Shown here: piece by piece, positions 32,381-41,666 of the stretch
How the letters are laid out: the number at the start of each line of letters is the position of its first letter
How positions within the stretch are numbered: the first letter of the stretch is position 1
DNA from: Candidatus Saccharimonadales bacterium
Lineage (GTDB): Bacteria > Patescibacteriota > Saccharimonadia > UBA4664 > DATIHN01
Direction: 5' to 3'
DNA: 64,000 nucleotides
Assembly: GCA_035480635.1 (NCBI GenBank)
Contig: DATIHN010000016.1
Span: 562-64,561, forward strand
Notes under the pieces: model-generated
Told to the model about the DNA's origin: nothing
What the model saw: the letters and a program-made list of their open reading frames with translations, nothing else
The model's database searches: none
Translations under genes and position numbers: made by a program

Positions 32381-32725
32381 ATGCCAAAATTTATGGTGCT
32401 TTATAACTCATCAGCCAAAGCCAACGAGCTAATGGCCAACGCCAGCCCAGAAGAAATGAAGGCCTCTATGAACGAGTGGATACAGTGGCGTGACGATTTA
32501 CCCGAGGATGTTAAGTTCGATTTTGGACTGCCATTGCAAGCCGTCAGTCGAGTTACTACGTCTGGTTTAACCACTAGCGATAGTCCGGTCAACGGCTACG
32601 CCACAATTGAGGGCGAATCGAAAGAAGCAGTACTGGATTTGCTCAAAAACCACCCGCATTTGAAAAGGCCCGATGCCACCATTGATGTGCTCGAAATGCT
32701 ATCGATGCCTGGGCTTGAAGCTTAG
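32381..32725 (+). CDS. YciI-like domain protein.
   Basis: MPKFMVLYN ... profile, about 114 aa. AAGGAGA RBS upstream. Confidence 0.55.
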   Translation: MPKFMVLYNSSAKANELMANASPEEMKASMNEWIQWRDDLPEDVKFDFGLPLQAVSRVTTSGLTTSDSPVNGYATIEGESKEAVLDLLKNHPHLKRPDATIDVLEMLSMPGLEA

Positions 32726-33115
32726 CTAGTCAAACTTAGTAGTACAAAAGGCGCAGCGGGTGGCCATAGCTGGGATTTCGCTCAAGCATTCTGGGCACTT
32801 TTTGGCCACTTCCCCACCTTTGGAAAATTTTTGAGTCAAATGGTTAACGGGTTTGACCACGAAAAAGAAGACTACGCTGGCAACAATTAGGAAGCTAATT
32901 AGAGAATTTAAGAAAATACCATAGTGGATGCTGCTCTTGTGGATGGTCAGCGCTAGGTTTTGAAAGTTTGGCCCTGATCCAATGGCACCGATTAGGGGCG
33001 TTAGAACTTCGCTCACGAATGAGCTGACGAGTACCCCAAAGGCGGCACCAACCACCACACCAACGGCTAGATCAACAACGTTACCTCTGAGTAAAAATTG
33101 GCGAAATTCTTTCAT
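32726..33115 (-). CDS. mscL: Large-conductance mechanosensitive channel.
   Basis: MKEFRQFLLRGNVVDLAVGVVVGAAFG is the MscL signature. Confidence 0.9.
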   Translation of the reverse strand: MKEFRQFLLRGNVVDLAVGVVVGAAFGVLVSSFVSEVLTPLIGAIGSGPNFQNLALTIHKSSIHYGIFLNSLISFLIVASVVFFFVVKPVNHLTQKFSKGGEVAKKCPECLSEIPAMATRCAFCTTKFD

Positions 33116-33156
33116 TACAAGCCTCTTTTACAAGCGTATCTTAGCATAAATATGGC

Positions 33157-33233
33157 TGGTGGGCGGTGAGGGGCTCGAACCCCCGACCTCCTCGGTGTAA
33201 ACGAGGCGCTCTAGCCAACTGAGCTAACCGCCC
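33157..33233 (-). tRNA. tRNA-Val (TAC).
   Basis: The reverse complement folds as GGGCGGTTAGCTCAGTTGGCTAGAGC ... TTTACAC ... GGTTCGAGCCCC ... CCA. Confidence 0.8.
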
Positions 33234-33295
33234 GAACCGTGTAATTTTAATAACTTTTTGAAATTTTGGCAAGTATATAGCTAGTCTTTTTGTGT

Positions 33296-33324
33296 TTGAC
33301 AAATAAACTAAAGTATGATAATAT
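33296..33324 (+). promoter_or_regulatory. Consensus sigma70 promoter: TTGACA, 17 nt spacer, TAATAT.
   Basis: Perfect -35 and a near-perfect -10, about 50 nt upstream of GGAG and ATG 33377. Confidence 0.6.
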
Positions 33325-33376
33325 TTAAACGTTCTCTCGAAGTAACTTCTTACCCTCGATTCGAATGGAGTAAACC

Positions 33377-33655
33377 ATGGCCGCAGACTGTTGCGGTGGC
33401 GAATACGACCTATTCCTGGGATTCACACACAAGCCCGGCTGCCCCTCCAGGCAAGTCGGTGCCGCCCGCCAGGCAGCCGAACGAGACATGGAAGCCGGTC
33501 GCCGGAGCTCTCAAGGCGTCCACGGCGGTTCCTCCACCAGCCCCAGCTACCAGCTCGGGCGAAAGAAGGAGCAGGATCGCCAAGTCAAGCACATCGTCGA
33601 CGAAGTCTTCGGCTTCCCCATCGGCGGGCGCAGACGACGCGGACCACTGCTCTGA
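33377..33655 (+). CDS. Small GC-rich hypothetical protein (92 aa).
   Basis: GGAG RBS 7 nt before the ATG, and a strong promoter. The region has about 63% GC by eye and all three plus-strand frames are open, so frame choice is uncertain. Confidence 0.35.
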   Translation: MAADCCGGEYDLFLGFTHKPGCPSRQVGAARQAAERDMEAGRRSSQGVHGGSSTSPSYQLGRKKEQDRQVKHIVDEVFGFPIGGRRRRGPLL

Positions 33656-33727
33656 CCAAGTGCGAATCTTCGTACAACACCTCCGAGATACTCGCATTCG
33701 TGCGGGTCCCTCCGGGGGTGTTTTCAA

Positions 33728-34468
33728 TTATTCTTGGTGAAACTTTTTGACCAGAGCTTCAATTTTATCAACATATTTAAAGAATTTGTCGCTGCGCATT
33801 GGTCTGGGCCGGGGCAAGTCAATTGCAATAGTATCGACGATTTGGCCGGGTCGGGCACCCAGCACAATTACGCGATCGGCTAGTTGGACGGCCTCGTCAA
33901 CCAAGTGCGTTACCATCACTACGGTGATGTTTTCTGATTCCCAGAGTTTCAAAGTTTCCTCACGCAAGGTTTGAGCGGTAAAGGCATCGAGAGCCGAAAA
34001 TGGTTCGTCCATTAGCAAGATTTGCGGTTCCATGGCTAGGGCTCTAGCGATTCCGACTCGCTGCTTCATGCCACCGCTCAATTCCTTGGGGTGTTTATCC
34101 TCCCAGCCCCTCAGCCCCACCGCATCAATCAAGTGGTTAGTGGTTGATTCAATGTGATGTTGCGGTGCTCCGGCCATGCGCAAGCCAAAGCTAATGTTAT
34201 CTTGAGCCGATAGCCACGGAAAGAGGGCAAAGTTTTGGAAGATCATCGTCATGCGGGCGCTTTCCTGGGGCTCGACCTTACCTTTATTAGCGCTGATTAA
34301 ATCCAAGATAATTCGAAGTAATGTCGATTTGCCGCTGCCCGAAGGGCCAATAATGCAAACGAACTCGCCACTTTCAACGCTAAAGTTAATTTTACGCAAA
34401 ACATCGATGCGATTGCGGCCACGACCGTACCATTTCCAGATATCTTCGACTTTGAGGACTTCGGCCAT
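33728..34468 (-). CDS. ABC transporter ATP-binding protein (nitrate/sulfonate/taurine type).
   Basis: GPSGSGKSTLL Walker A, LSGGMKQRVGIARAL signature, and a Walker B with ILLMDEPFSALD. Confidence 0.85.
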   Translation of the reverse strand: MAEVLKVEDIWKWYGRGRNRIDVLRKINFSVESGEFVCIIGPSGSGKSTLLRIILDLISANKGKVEPQESARMTMIFQNFALFPWLSAQDNISFGLRMAGAPQHHIESTTNHLIDAVGLRGWEDKHPKELSGGMKQRVGIARALAMEPQILLMDEPFSALDAFTAQTLREETLKLWESENITVVMVTHLVDEAVQLADRVIVLGARPGQIVDTIAIDLPRPRPMRSDKFFKYVDKIEALVKKFHQE

Positions 34469-35226
34469 TATGATTCCGCCTGATATTTGGTGGCATTATG
34501 GAGCAGTGGCAGCCAAACGATTTTGTTAATGATGAAGAGCAAGAACATCAAAGCAATTATGCCGGTGGCTAGCAGTGCATTCTGGTGAGCATTGCCAAGC
34601 TGACCTAAATAGTGACCGACGCCTTGATGAACACTGACCAGAAGTTCGGCGCCAATAATAAATTCCCAACCTTCGCCCCAACCAACAATTGAACCGGTGA
34701 TGATGGCCGGCTTAAGCTCTGGTAGAGTGAAATGTCGCAGACGCTTCCAACCCAGCGCGCCAAAGATGGTGGCGGCTTCTTCCAAATCCTCGCGCCGGTT
34801 TTTGAGGCTGCCGACGATGGCAAATAGAATCGGCCAGATCATTTCTACCGCCAAAACCGATATGATGACGACTTCCGGATAGTGCGCTAAGGCCCCAACC
34901 AGCACCGGGAACAGGGCAAAGCTCGGGAAACTCTGCATCACATCCAGAATTGGTAGGAGGAAGTTTTCCACCCAAGTGTTGACGGTGGTGAGTAGTGCCA
35001 GGCTGAGTGCTAGAGTTAAAGCGATAATATAGGCGATCGTTGTACGGGCAAGGCTATAGCCGAAACCGACCAAAAAATCATGAAAGCTCAGGCGGGAACC
35101 TTGGGCGATCCAAAAAATTAAACCACCAACCACGGCAAAGGCCACAACCGCTATCAACCCACTCTTAAAGTGCGATTGCAAAATGTTTTGGCGTTTACTG
35201 GTGCGCAAGTGCGCTGCATACCGCAT
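34468..35226 (-). CDS. ABC transporter permease (BPD inner-membrane component).
   Basis: Six TM helices, an EAA-like loop, and a 1-nt overlap with the ATPase gene. Confidence 0.8.
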   Translation of the reverse strand: MRYAAHLRTSKRQNILQSHFKSGLIAVVAFAVVGGLIFWIAQGSRLSFHDFLVGFGYSLARTTIAYIIALTLALSLALLTTVNTWVENFLLPILDVMQSFPSFALFPVLVGALAHYPEVVIISVLAVEMIWPILFAIVGSLKNRREDLEEAATIFGALGWKRLRHFTLPELKPAIITGSIVGWGEGWEFIIGAELLVSVHQGVGHYLGQLGNAHQNALLATGIIALMFLLFIINKIVWLPLLHNATKYQAES

Positions 35227-35276
35227 ACGCTTAGTATAACAAGTTTTATAAAAACGGCTTCACCAAGAACAACCGT

Positions 35277-35300
35277 TGGTGGGCGAGATGAACTTCGCAT
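35277..35300 (-). repeat. Partial duplicate of the tRNA-Leu 3' end.
   Basis: TGGTGGGCGAGA is identical to 35365..35376, followed by a degenerate GAACTT. Confidence 0.5.
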
Positions 35301-35364
35301 TAAGCTACGCTCATCTTTCGCTTCCAATTGGCCATAGCTCAACTTATGGTTGAGCGACGGCCAA

Positions 35365-35453
35365 TGGTGGGCGAGAGAGGACTTGAACCTCCACGACCCT
35401 TACGGGCCACCAGCCCCTCAAGCTGACGCGTCTACCAATTCCGCCACTCGCCC
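35365..35453 (-). tRNA. tRNA-Leu (GAG).
   Basis: The reverse complement reads GGGCGAGTGGCGGAATTGGTAGACGC ... CTTGAGG ... long variable arm ... GGTTCAAGTCCTCT ... CCA. Confidence 0.8.
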
Positions 35454-35570
35454 TCGTCCAAACTGTACTCCAGCTTACACAAGTTATCCAACTTGCTTCA
35501 GCTTACGAACAGTTTCTCCTCTCGAAGCTCTAAACATCCGCCAAATGGCGGATTGGTTTTTCGCTTCGTC
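35454..35570 (-). repeat. About 117-bp conserved tRNA-Leu 5' leader, copy 1.
   Basis: Nearly identical to 39058..39177 (3-4 mismatches). Contains CAAGTT ATCC AACTTG and CCGCCA AAT GGCGG hairpins. Confidence 0.75.
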
Positions 35571-35617
35571 AATCAATTGGACTAACAGATTTTAGTTTAA
35601 TTTCGTACCAAACTCAA

Positions 35618-35944
35618 TTACTGGAGGTGCAGGCCGGTGTAAATGGCCCAAATACCGAGGATGAAAACGCCTGGCCAGAGCACGTAAATGTTCAAATAAT
35701 TATAGATGTCGCGCGGTTTGTTTAAGGTGTTGAACCATTTACGGCGGCTGGGCTGGTAATTGCGTTTGTACTGCCGCCAAATCCGGCCGCTATTGTATTC
35801 GATAACTAAGGCTAGGCTGACAGCGAAAATCCCCAACAAAATCAGACCCAGTTGGGTGTTGGAATTAATTAGCAAAATACATCCGCCTAGGATGGCAATG
35901 ATGGTCAATTGAAAAATGGGTGAACGGCGACGTTTTACAACCAT
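35618..35944 (-). CDS. Small membrane protein (108 aa).
   Basis: Three hydrophobic helices. Confidence 0.45.
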   Translation of the reverse strand: MVVKRRRSPIFQLTIIAILGGCILLINSNTQLGLILLGIFAVSLALVIEYNSGRIWRQYKRNYQPSRRKWFNTLNKPRDIYNYLNIYVLWPGVFILGIWAIYTGLHLQ

Positions 35945-35979
35945 GGTTAAATTAGCATAACAATTTTAGTGGCTGATCG

Positions 35980-37245
35980 CTAGAGGCCGGCGCCAATGTC
36001 TGAGCGGAATTGCTTGCCACTGAAATCAATCTTTTCAACCGCCTGATAAGCCGTGGTCCGAGCCTGCTCAAGCGTCACGCCAACTGCGGTGACGTTTAAG
36101 ACCCGCCCGCCATTGGTTAGGAGTTTGCCATCGGATACCTTGGTGCCAGCGTGGAAAACCACCACATCCGGATCAGCTTCGGCCGCCTCGATCCCGCTGA
36201 TTTCCAAGCCTTTTTTATACGAACCTGGGTATCCAGCCGAAGCCAGTACGACCGAAATGGCAAAACCCGGCCGCCAGCTTAAACTAGTTTTGGTTAAGTG
36301 GCCTTTAGCACATTCGAGAAGCAGTTCCAGTAAATCGTCTTCCAGCAAACGCATGTAAACTTCGGTTTCGGGGTCACCAAAGCGGGCATTGTACTCCAAC
36401 ACCCGATAATCAGAACCACTACCTTTGAGGCCCGGGTAGAGACAGCCGCTAAAGGGTTGATGATCTTTTTTGAGAGCTGAAATGATCGGTTGAACAAACT
36501 GATCATGGGCATCTTGCTCCGAAATCATAGCCGGTACCGGAGCAATCACACCCATGCCGCCGGTGTTGGGACCCTTGTTGCCATCAAAGATCGGTTTGTG
36601 GTCGCGGGCAAAAGGAAACATTAAAGCCCTAGTGCCATCGGTGATAGCATGCACCGAGATTTCTTGGCCATCCAAATAATCCTCGATCACGATTTGATCG
36701 CCGGCTTCGCCAAACAGTTTAGCGACCATCATGTCGTCGATGGCTTGTTTGGCTTCAGCCAGGTTCTGGCAAATGTAGACACCTTTACCCAAAGCCAGGC
36801 CACTGGCTTTAACCACGATCGGAAATTTGGCTTGCTCAATATAATTTAAGGCTTTGGTACGATCATCAAAGACTTGAAATTCGGCCGTCGGCACTCTGGC
36901 TTGGCGCATTAGGCCTTTGGCAAAGGCTTTGGAAGCTTCAATTTGAGCCGCGGCTTTGGTTGGGCCAAAGACTGCTAGTTTTCGCTTTTGAAAATAATCA
37001 ACAATGCCAGCCGCCAGCGGATCATCCGGGCCCACGATTGTCAGATCAATTGTGTTGGCTTGGGCAAACTTGGCTAGAGCGGCAAAGTCTTGAACCCCGA
37101 TATCAACATTTTGGCCAAGAGCCTGAGTGCCGCCATTGCCGGGAGCAAAATAAAGTTTGTCTAATTTAGGTGATTGAGCGATTTTCCAGCCCAAAGCGTG
37201 CTCCCGCCCACCACCGCCAATTATCAGTACATTCATAAGCCCCAC
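35980..37245 (-). CDS. purD: Phosphoribosylamine--glycine ligase.
   Basis: ATP-grasp fold; N-terminus MNVLIIGGGGREHALGWKIAQS. Confidence 0.9.
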   Translation of the reverse strand: MGLMNVLIIGGGGREHALGWKIAQSPKLDKLYFAPGNGGTQALGQNVDIGVQDFAALAKFAQANTIDLTIVGPDDPLAAGIVDYFQKRKLAVFGPTKAAAQIEASKAFAKGLMRQARVPTAEFQVFDDRTKALNYIEQAKFPIVVKASGLALGKGVYICQNLAEAKQAIDDMMVAKLFGEAGDQIVIEDYLDGQEISVHAITDGTRALMFPFARDHKPIFDGNKGPNTGGMGVIAPVPAMISEQDAHDQFVQPIISALKKDHQPFSGCLYPGLKGSGSDYRVLEYNARFGDPETEVYMRLLEDDLLELLLECAKGHLTKTSLSWRPGFAISVVLASAGYPGSYKKGLEISGIEAAEADPDVVVFHAGTKVSDGKLLTNGGRVLNVTAVGVTLEQARTTAYQAVEKIDFSGKQFRSDIGAGL

Positions 37246-37313
37246 TATAACATCCGTCTGAGCGATTGTGGGTAAAGTTAAACCCCACCCGAAGGTGGGG
37301 CAGTGCCGAGAAG

Positions 37314-37766
37314 TTAGAACCCGAAGTGCGGTTCGGCCGGAAAATGCCGCATCATAGCTAGGAGCAGATCTAGTATGACCATTCGTTCCGTCGGTTCAAT
37401 CTTGCCAGTCCGACGCAGCCGCACCAAAGTGTTGGCGATCGCTCCTAGGCGCTTCGGCAAGTCAGCAACGTCGAGACCCTCTGTCTCGCTGAAGTAGCTG
37501 ATGACATCGTCAGTGAAACGAATCCTCGGATCGGACATCCAGATGTGGATGTGACGAAGATCCGTCGAATCGGATCGAATCTGTTTGATGGTTGCAAACA
37601 GCAGGTCGATGAAGCGGCTAATGCCATCGGCCTTGGCCAGACCGGGATGGGTTTCCTGGCGTACCAACGGGAAATAGGCATCTTCGAGCAGCCAATCGAT
37701 ACCGAAGCCCATGGGTCCACTTCGTCGGTCGCGCGGAAAACCGCCAATTGCCATCATCATTGCCAT
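37314..37766 (-). CDS. Hypothetical protein, paralog B (about 150 aa).
   Basis: AAGGAGC RBS before MAMMMAIGG. Shares the C-terminal motif LGAIANTLVRLRRTGKIE with the upstream gene. Confidence 0.5.
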   Translation of the reverse strand: MAMMMAIGGFPRDRRSGPMGFGIDWLLEDAYFPLVRQETHPGLAKADGISRFIDLLFATIKQIRSDSTDLRHIHIWMSDPRIRFTDDVISYFSETEGLDVADLPKRLGAIANTLVRLRRTGKIEPTERMVILDLLLAMMRHFPAEPHFGF

Positions 37767-37791
37767 GGGAGCTCCTTGGTCACTTGCACGA

Positions 37792-38208
37792 CTACTCGCG
37801 CCAACCGTCTTGCTCGAAGAAGTTACCCATCTGGTTGAGCTGAGCCTTGAGAGTCTTGGCCGCATCGGCTTCGATTTGGCCGGTTCGAGCTAACCCCAGC
37901 AAGCCATTGGCAATCTTGCCTAGGTAGGCTGGGATTTCAGTCTGGTCAGAAACCTCTGCCATAGCAAACCTGGCGAAGGCACTGGACTTTTCCTGAACTC
38001 GACGCCGATCTGAGTGGTCATCAAGTTGCTTGTACCACCTGATGGCCTTGAGCAGTCGATTGGCGAGTCCCGCGAGGTTGGCTCTGTCGTAGTCATCGAT
38101 CTCGCCGGATTTTGCGATGGCCGCAGAGGCTCTAGCGATCTCCATTGAAAGTTTTTTGGTCCAGGCGAAGCGCCGAATTCTGTGAGGTGCAACTCGGGTG
38201 GCTGTCAT
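37792..38208 (-). CDS. Hypothetical protein, paralog A (about 138 aa).
   Basis: GGAGA RBS before MTATRV. C-terminal LGKIANGLLGLARTGQIE is homologous to paralog B. Confidence 0.5.
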   Translation of the reverse strand: MTATRVAPHRIRRFAWTKKLSMEIARASAAIAKSGEIDDYDRANLAGLANRLLKAIRWYKQLDDHSDRRRVQEKSSAFARFAMAEVSDQTEIPAYLGKIANGLLGLARTGQIEADAAKTLKAQLNQMGNFFEQDGWRE

Positions 38209-38436
38209 GGTTTCTCCAAACCTCGACGTCAGCATCATAATAGCATAAAGGTAATGTAAACTCTGATAACTTTAGCGGGGGGAACGGGACGTTACTCGAA
38301 TAACATACTCGTGTGGCCCTAACTCATTATGCCCGCCAATTAACTTACGCTTGTGTATTTTCATTCCGAATCGCAAAATTACTTAGTCACCTTGCCCGGG
38401 ATAAGTTGTGTACCATATCCAAAAGGATGGTATCAA

Positions 38437-38793
38437 ATGCCTAAGATTAAGGATTTCGATGGCTGGATTGCTCGATTGTCGCTCAAACCGCCTCGTGAAG
38501 TCACCGTTCGACCATCGTCGAAGTACCACCAAGTCGGCGACTTAGGCGATTTGGATTGGCACGAGTACTACTTACGCTATCAGATCAAGTACCGATTCTG
38601 GAGCTGGACCTTTATAGAAAGGCTACCAAATTGCCAGACGGCTCCAGCTTGCTTGTTCACGGCTCGGGACAGAGCCGAGCAGCTTGAGGCGGCCTTGCCA
38701 AGCGTCAATGTCTGTTTCCGAGCCGTCGGCATGTCAAACGACGAGGCCTTAAGAAGATCACAGAACGATCTAACTCAACCCATGACTGCTTGA
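38437..38793 (+). CDS. Hypothetical protein (118 aa).
   Basis: AAGGA RBS before MPKIKDFDGW, and a terminator downstream. Confidence 0.4.
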   Translation: MPKIKDFDGWIARLSLKPPREVTVRPSSKYHQVGDLGDLDWHEYYLRYQIKYRFWSWTFIERLPNCQTAPACLFTARDRAEQLEAALPSVNVCFRAVGMSNDEALRRSQNDLTQPMTA

Positions 38794-38861
38794 TCTTTAA
38801 GGTCTGAGATCAATGAACGGTTGGGTAATCCGCCTACGCGTAAGGACGCGCTCACAATAGA

Positions 38862-38895
38862 GCCGCCCTCTTCGCGGGGCGGTTTCATTTATTTT
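38862..38895 (+). terminator. Rho-independent terminator.
   Basis: CCGCCC ... GGGCGG stem followed by TTTCATTTATTTT. Confidence 0.55.
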
Positions 38896-38930
38896 AAGGA
38901 ATTAGTTCCCAACATACTTAACCGTTACCA

Positions 38931-38958
38931 ATAAAAAAGAGACACAAGGAAGTGTCTT
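38931..38958 (-). terminator. Terminator for tRNA-Leu (CAG).
   Basis: AGACAC ... GTGTCT stem followed by a U-run on the minus strand. Confidence 0.5.
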
Positions 38959-38971
38959 AAAGTTCATATTT

Positions 38972-39057
38972 TGGTGGGCGAGAGAGGACTTGAACCTCCA
39001 CGGGGTTGCCCCCACTAGCTCCTGAAGCTAGCGTGTCTACCATTTCACCACTCGCCC
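38972..39057 (-). tRNA. tRNA-Leu (CAG).
   Basis: The reverse complement reads GGGCGAGTGGTGAAATGGTAGACAC ... TTCAGGA ... variable arm ... GGTTCAAGTCCTCT ... CCA. Confidence 0.8.
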
Positions 39058-39177
39058 TCGTCCAAACTGTACTCCAGCTTACGCAAGTAATCCAACTTGC
39101 TTCAGCTTACAAACAGTTTCTCCTCTCGAAGCTCTAAACATCCGCCAAATGGCGGATTGGTTTTTCGCTTCGTATTA
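39058..39177 (-). repeat. About 117-bp conserved tRNA-Leu 5' leader, copy 2.
   Basis: Direct repeat of 35454..35570. Confidence 0.75.
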
Positions 39178-39219
39178 TTAAAACCACAATTTTACGCTAA
39201 AACAAGGCTCGTTACTAGT

Positions 39220-40971
39220 TTAGCGCACTGGCGCTTCGGCGATGGTCCAGTTCTGAATATTGTAAAAGCGATCGGTCGGGTCCATTAATTTAGTCCCGCT
39301 GATCCCAACCACTCTACTGGAAGCGGCATATATGTAGTCGGTGCTATAGAGCGGCACGCTCGGCACATCGGCCAACCACTGCTGCTGAAAAGTTAAATAT
39401 TTGCCTTTGCGGACTTGGGGGTTGGGGTTGATGCGACCAGCTTCCAAGGCCTTATCGGCGATTGGCGCATTATAGACAGCTAAGTTCAATCCGGGATCGC
39501 TGCCCTGCGATGATTCCCAAAAAGCGTAAACGTCTGGGTCGGGGCCGATTTGATAGCCAAATAGTAACAGGTCGTAATTACGTGGCCGGATGTAGGTTTG
39601 TTCCAACGTCTCTAAATCGGCTGTGCGCACCTTAATGGCTATGCCAGCTCGAGCCAGTTGGGTCTTAATATCACCGGCCACCTGTGGCCAAACCCCGCCG
39701 TCACGAGTGACTAAAGTTAGCTCTAAAACTTGACCGTCTTTGGCCCTAAAGCCATCGTTGCCTTTAACCCAGCCAGCTTGGTCCAACAACTTCTGGGCGG
39801 CCTCTAAATTGGTTTTGGGCAATTGCAACTTGCCAGCAAAGCCCACCTGGCCGGGCAGTAGCGGCCCAGCGCTTATATCGGCCTGCCCAACCAAAGCATC
39901 ATTAATAATTTGATTGCGGTCGGTTGCCAGATTGATAGCCGCTCGGACGTTTTTATCTCTAAGGATGGTTTGTGAGTTGCGCATGATCAAAATTGACTGA
40001 TTAGGTTGAGAGTAAGTATGTAACTTGAGGTTGGGCAAACCCGCGATTTGGCTGATTTGGCTGGGTTCCACGTCTCCAAAGGCCAGAATTTGGCGCTTGG
40101 CATAGGCCTCATGCAGCTTCGATGTTGAATCGTACCAGCGATATTCAAATTGATGAATTTTGGGCCGACCGCCGTAATAATCGTTGTTGGCCGTAAGCAT
40201 TACACGATGGCCGGCCGATTCGAAACTAGAGATTTTGTAAGGACCGGTCCCAACCGGCTTTTGGTTAAAGTCATTAGCTCTCAGCGCTGAGGGTTCAATC
40301 GATTCCAGCAAATGTCGCGGGATGATGCCCTGAGTGCAAGCCGCTAGGAAGGGCGGGTAGGCGTTGGGTAAATGATAGACTAGCGTCAACTCATCGATTG
40401 GATCGGCCGTAATGCCCTGCCAGCTGGGCGCCACCGGCGATCTAGAATCGGGATTTTGGATGGCGGCCAAGGTGAAAGCCACATCCTCCGAGGTAAATGG
40501 CACGCCGTCATGCCATTTGACGCCCCGGCGCAAATGGAAGGTGTAGGTTTTGCCATCGGCGCTAATATCCCAACTGGTGGCCAAATCCGGCTCCAGGGCA
40601 CCCTTGGTGTTATAACGTACTAGACCGTTAAAAATCAGTCGGCTGACATCGGCCGAAGCCTGAGTGTCTGGCAGGACCGGATTAATGACTTTGATCTGAC
40701 CAACTGAACCCTCGGCCATGACGGCACCTTTGGCTTGGCTAATGTGGTGGTAGGGCTTACTGAGTTGGCCACTCTGCCAGAGTAAGGCCAGCACCAGTGC
40801 AATGGCTAACCCCCACCAAACCACTACCAAGCGGCGAATGATGCCCAGTTGACGCCATTTACCCCAGATGTGACGATTGATGTAATTTCGACTCCAACTG
40901 GCCAGCACCCGGAATTCTCGGCGCAGGCGCCGCCGCTGACGTTGGAAACGAAACCGAAAATAAGCAAACAT
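39220..40971 (-). CDS. ABC transporter substrate-binding protein, family 5 (Opp/Dpp-like).
   Basis: 583 aa with an N-terminal TM anchor and GVKWHDGVPFTSEDVAFT. Confidence 0.8.
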   Translation of the reverse strand: MFAYFRFRFQRQRRRLRREFRVLASWSRNYINRHIWGKWRQLGIIRRLVVVWWGLAIALVLALLWQSGQLSKPYHHISQAKGAVMAEGSVGQIKVINPVLPDTQASADVSRLIFNGLVRYNTKGALEPDLATSWDISADGKTYTFHLRRGVKWHDGVPFTSEDVAFTLAAIQNPDSRSPVAPSWQGITADPIDELTLVYHLPNAYPPFLAACTQGIIPRHLLESIEPSALRANDFNQKPVGTGPYKISSFESAGHRVMLTANNDYYGGRPKIHQFEYRWYDSTSKLHEAYAKRQILAFGDVEPSQISQIAGLPNLKLHTYSQPNQSILIMRNSQTILRDKNVRAAINLATDRNQIINDALVGQADISAGPLLPGQVGFAGKLQLPKTNLEAAQKLLDQAGWVKGNDGFRAKDGQVLELTLVTRDGGVWPQVAGDIKTQLARAGIAIKVRTADLETLEQTYIRPRNYDLLLFGYQIGPDPDVYAFWESSQGSDPGLNLAVYNAPIADKALEAGRINPNPQVRKGKYLTFQQQWLADVPSVPLYSTDYIYAASSRVVGISGTKLMDPTDRFYNIQNWTIAEAPVR

Positions 40972-41192
40972 TAACTTTTAGACAACAAGCTCAACAGTAG
41001 CGATAATACAAAAATGACCGCCAGAATGATGGTGGCATTATAGAGCAACTTTTCGGCTCCGCGTTTACTGCGGTAGGCATTACTTTCACCACCAAAGGCT
41101 GTGCCCAGGCTTGAACCCTGAGATTGCATAAGGATGGCACCGATCATGAGGACGGCCGAGAGAGCGGCCACGATATTAAACAGGCTTTTCAT
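40971..41192 (-). CDS. secG: Preprotein translocase subunit SecG.
   Basis: 73 aa with two TM helices and the MQSQGSSLGTAFGG motif. Confidence 0.7.
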   Translation of the reverse strand: MKSLFNIVAALSAVLMIGAILMQSQGSSLGTAFGGESNAYRSKRGAEKLLYNATIILAVIFVLSLLLSLLSKS

Positions 41193-41580
41193 GCTTTTCC
41201 AAATTAGGTTGACGTAAGTCGTTTAAGAGATAGTTAACTAGCCAGATAACGATGACGGCCAGAAGCCCTGCCCAAAACGAATTGACGTGGAATGGGTGGT
41301 AGAAGACAGTCACCAGGTAGAGCATTAGAGTATTAACAACTAGGGTAAAGAGCCCCAACGTTAGAACAATGGCTGGCAGGGCCAGAATGATCACCAGCGG
41401 CCGAATCAAAGCGTTGACGATCGAAAAAATCAAGGCTGCAAAAACAAGATAGCGAACTTTGTCGCCATACGTGATTCCTGTGACTAAATTGGCGGCTATC
41501 CACAAACCCAGGAAGTTGACCAACCACCGCAGTAAAAACTGTTTCAGCATTGCGCCAACCATTGTAGCATGAGGGCTCAC
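41176..41580 (-). CDS. DUF360/phage-holin-4-like membrane protein.
   Basis: Four TM helices and an LRWLVNFLGLWIA ... NALIRPL pattern. Confidence 0.55.
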   Translation of the reverse strand: MSPHATMVGAMLKQFLLRWLVNFLGLWIAANLVTGITYGDKVRYLVFAALIFSIVNALIRPLVIILALPAIVLTLGLFTLVVNTLMLYLVTVFYHPFHVNSFWAGLLAVIVIWLVNYLLNDLRQPNLEKHEKPV

Positions 41581-41666
41581 ACGTTGCGAGACTCACTGCT
41601 TCAGTTGTGTTTTTGCGATCCCGTTGATACGATAACATAACCCGATCTTGACAGTGAGGTGCTGTT

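Noticed and set aside
33315-33750. Alternative overlapping frames (141-aa and 119-aa plus-strand, 105-aa minus-strand) in the GC-rich patch.
   Set aside because: Only the 33377 frame has a well-spaced GGAG RBS. The others were kept as a possibility in the findings rather than called as features.
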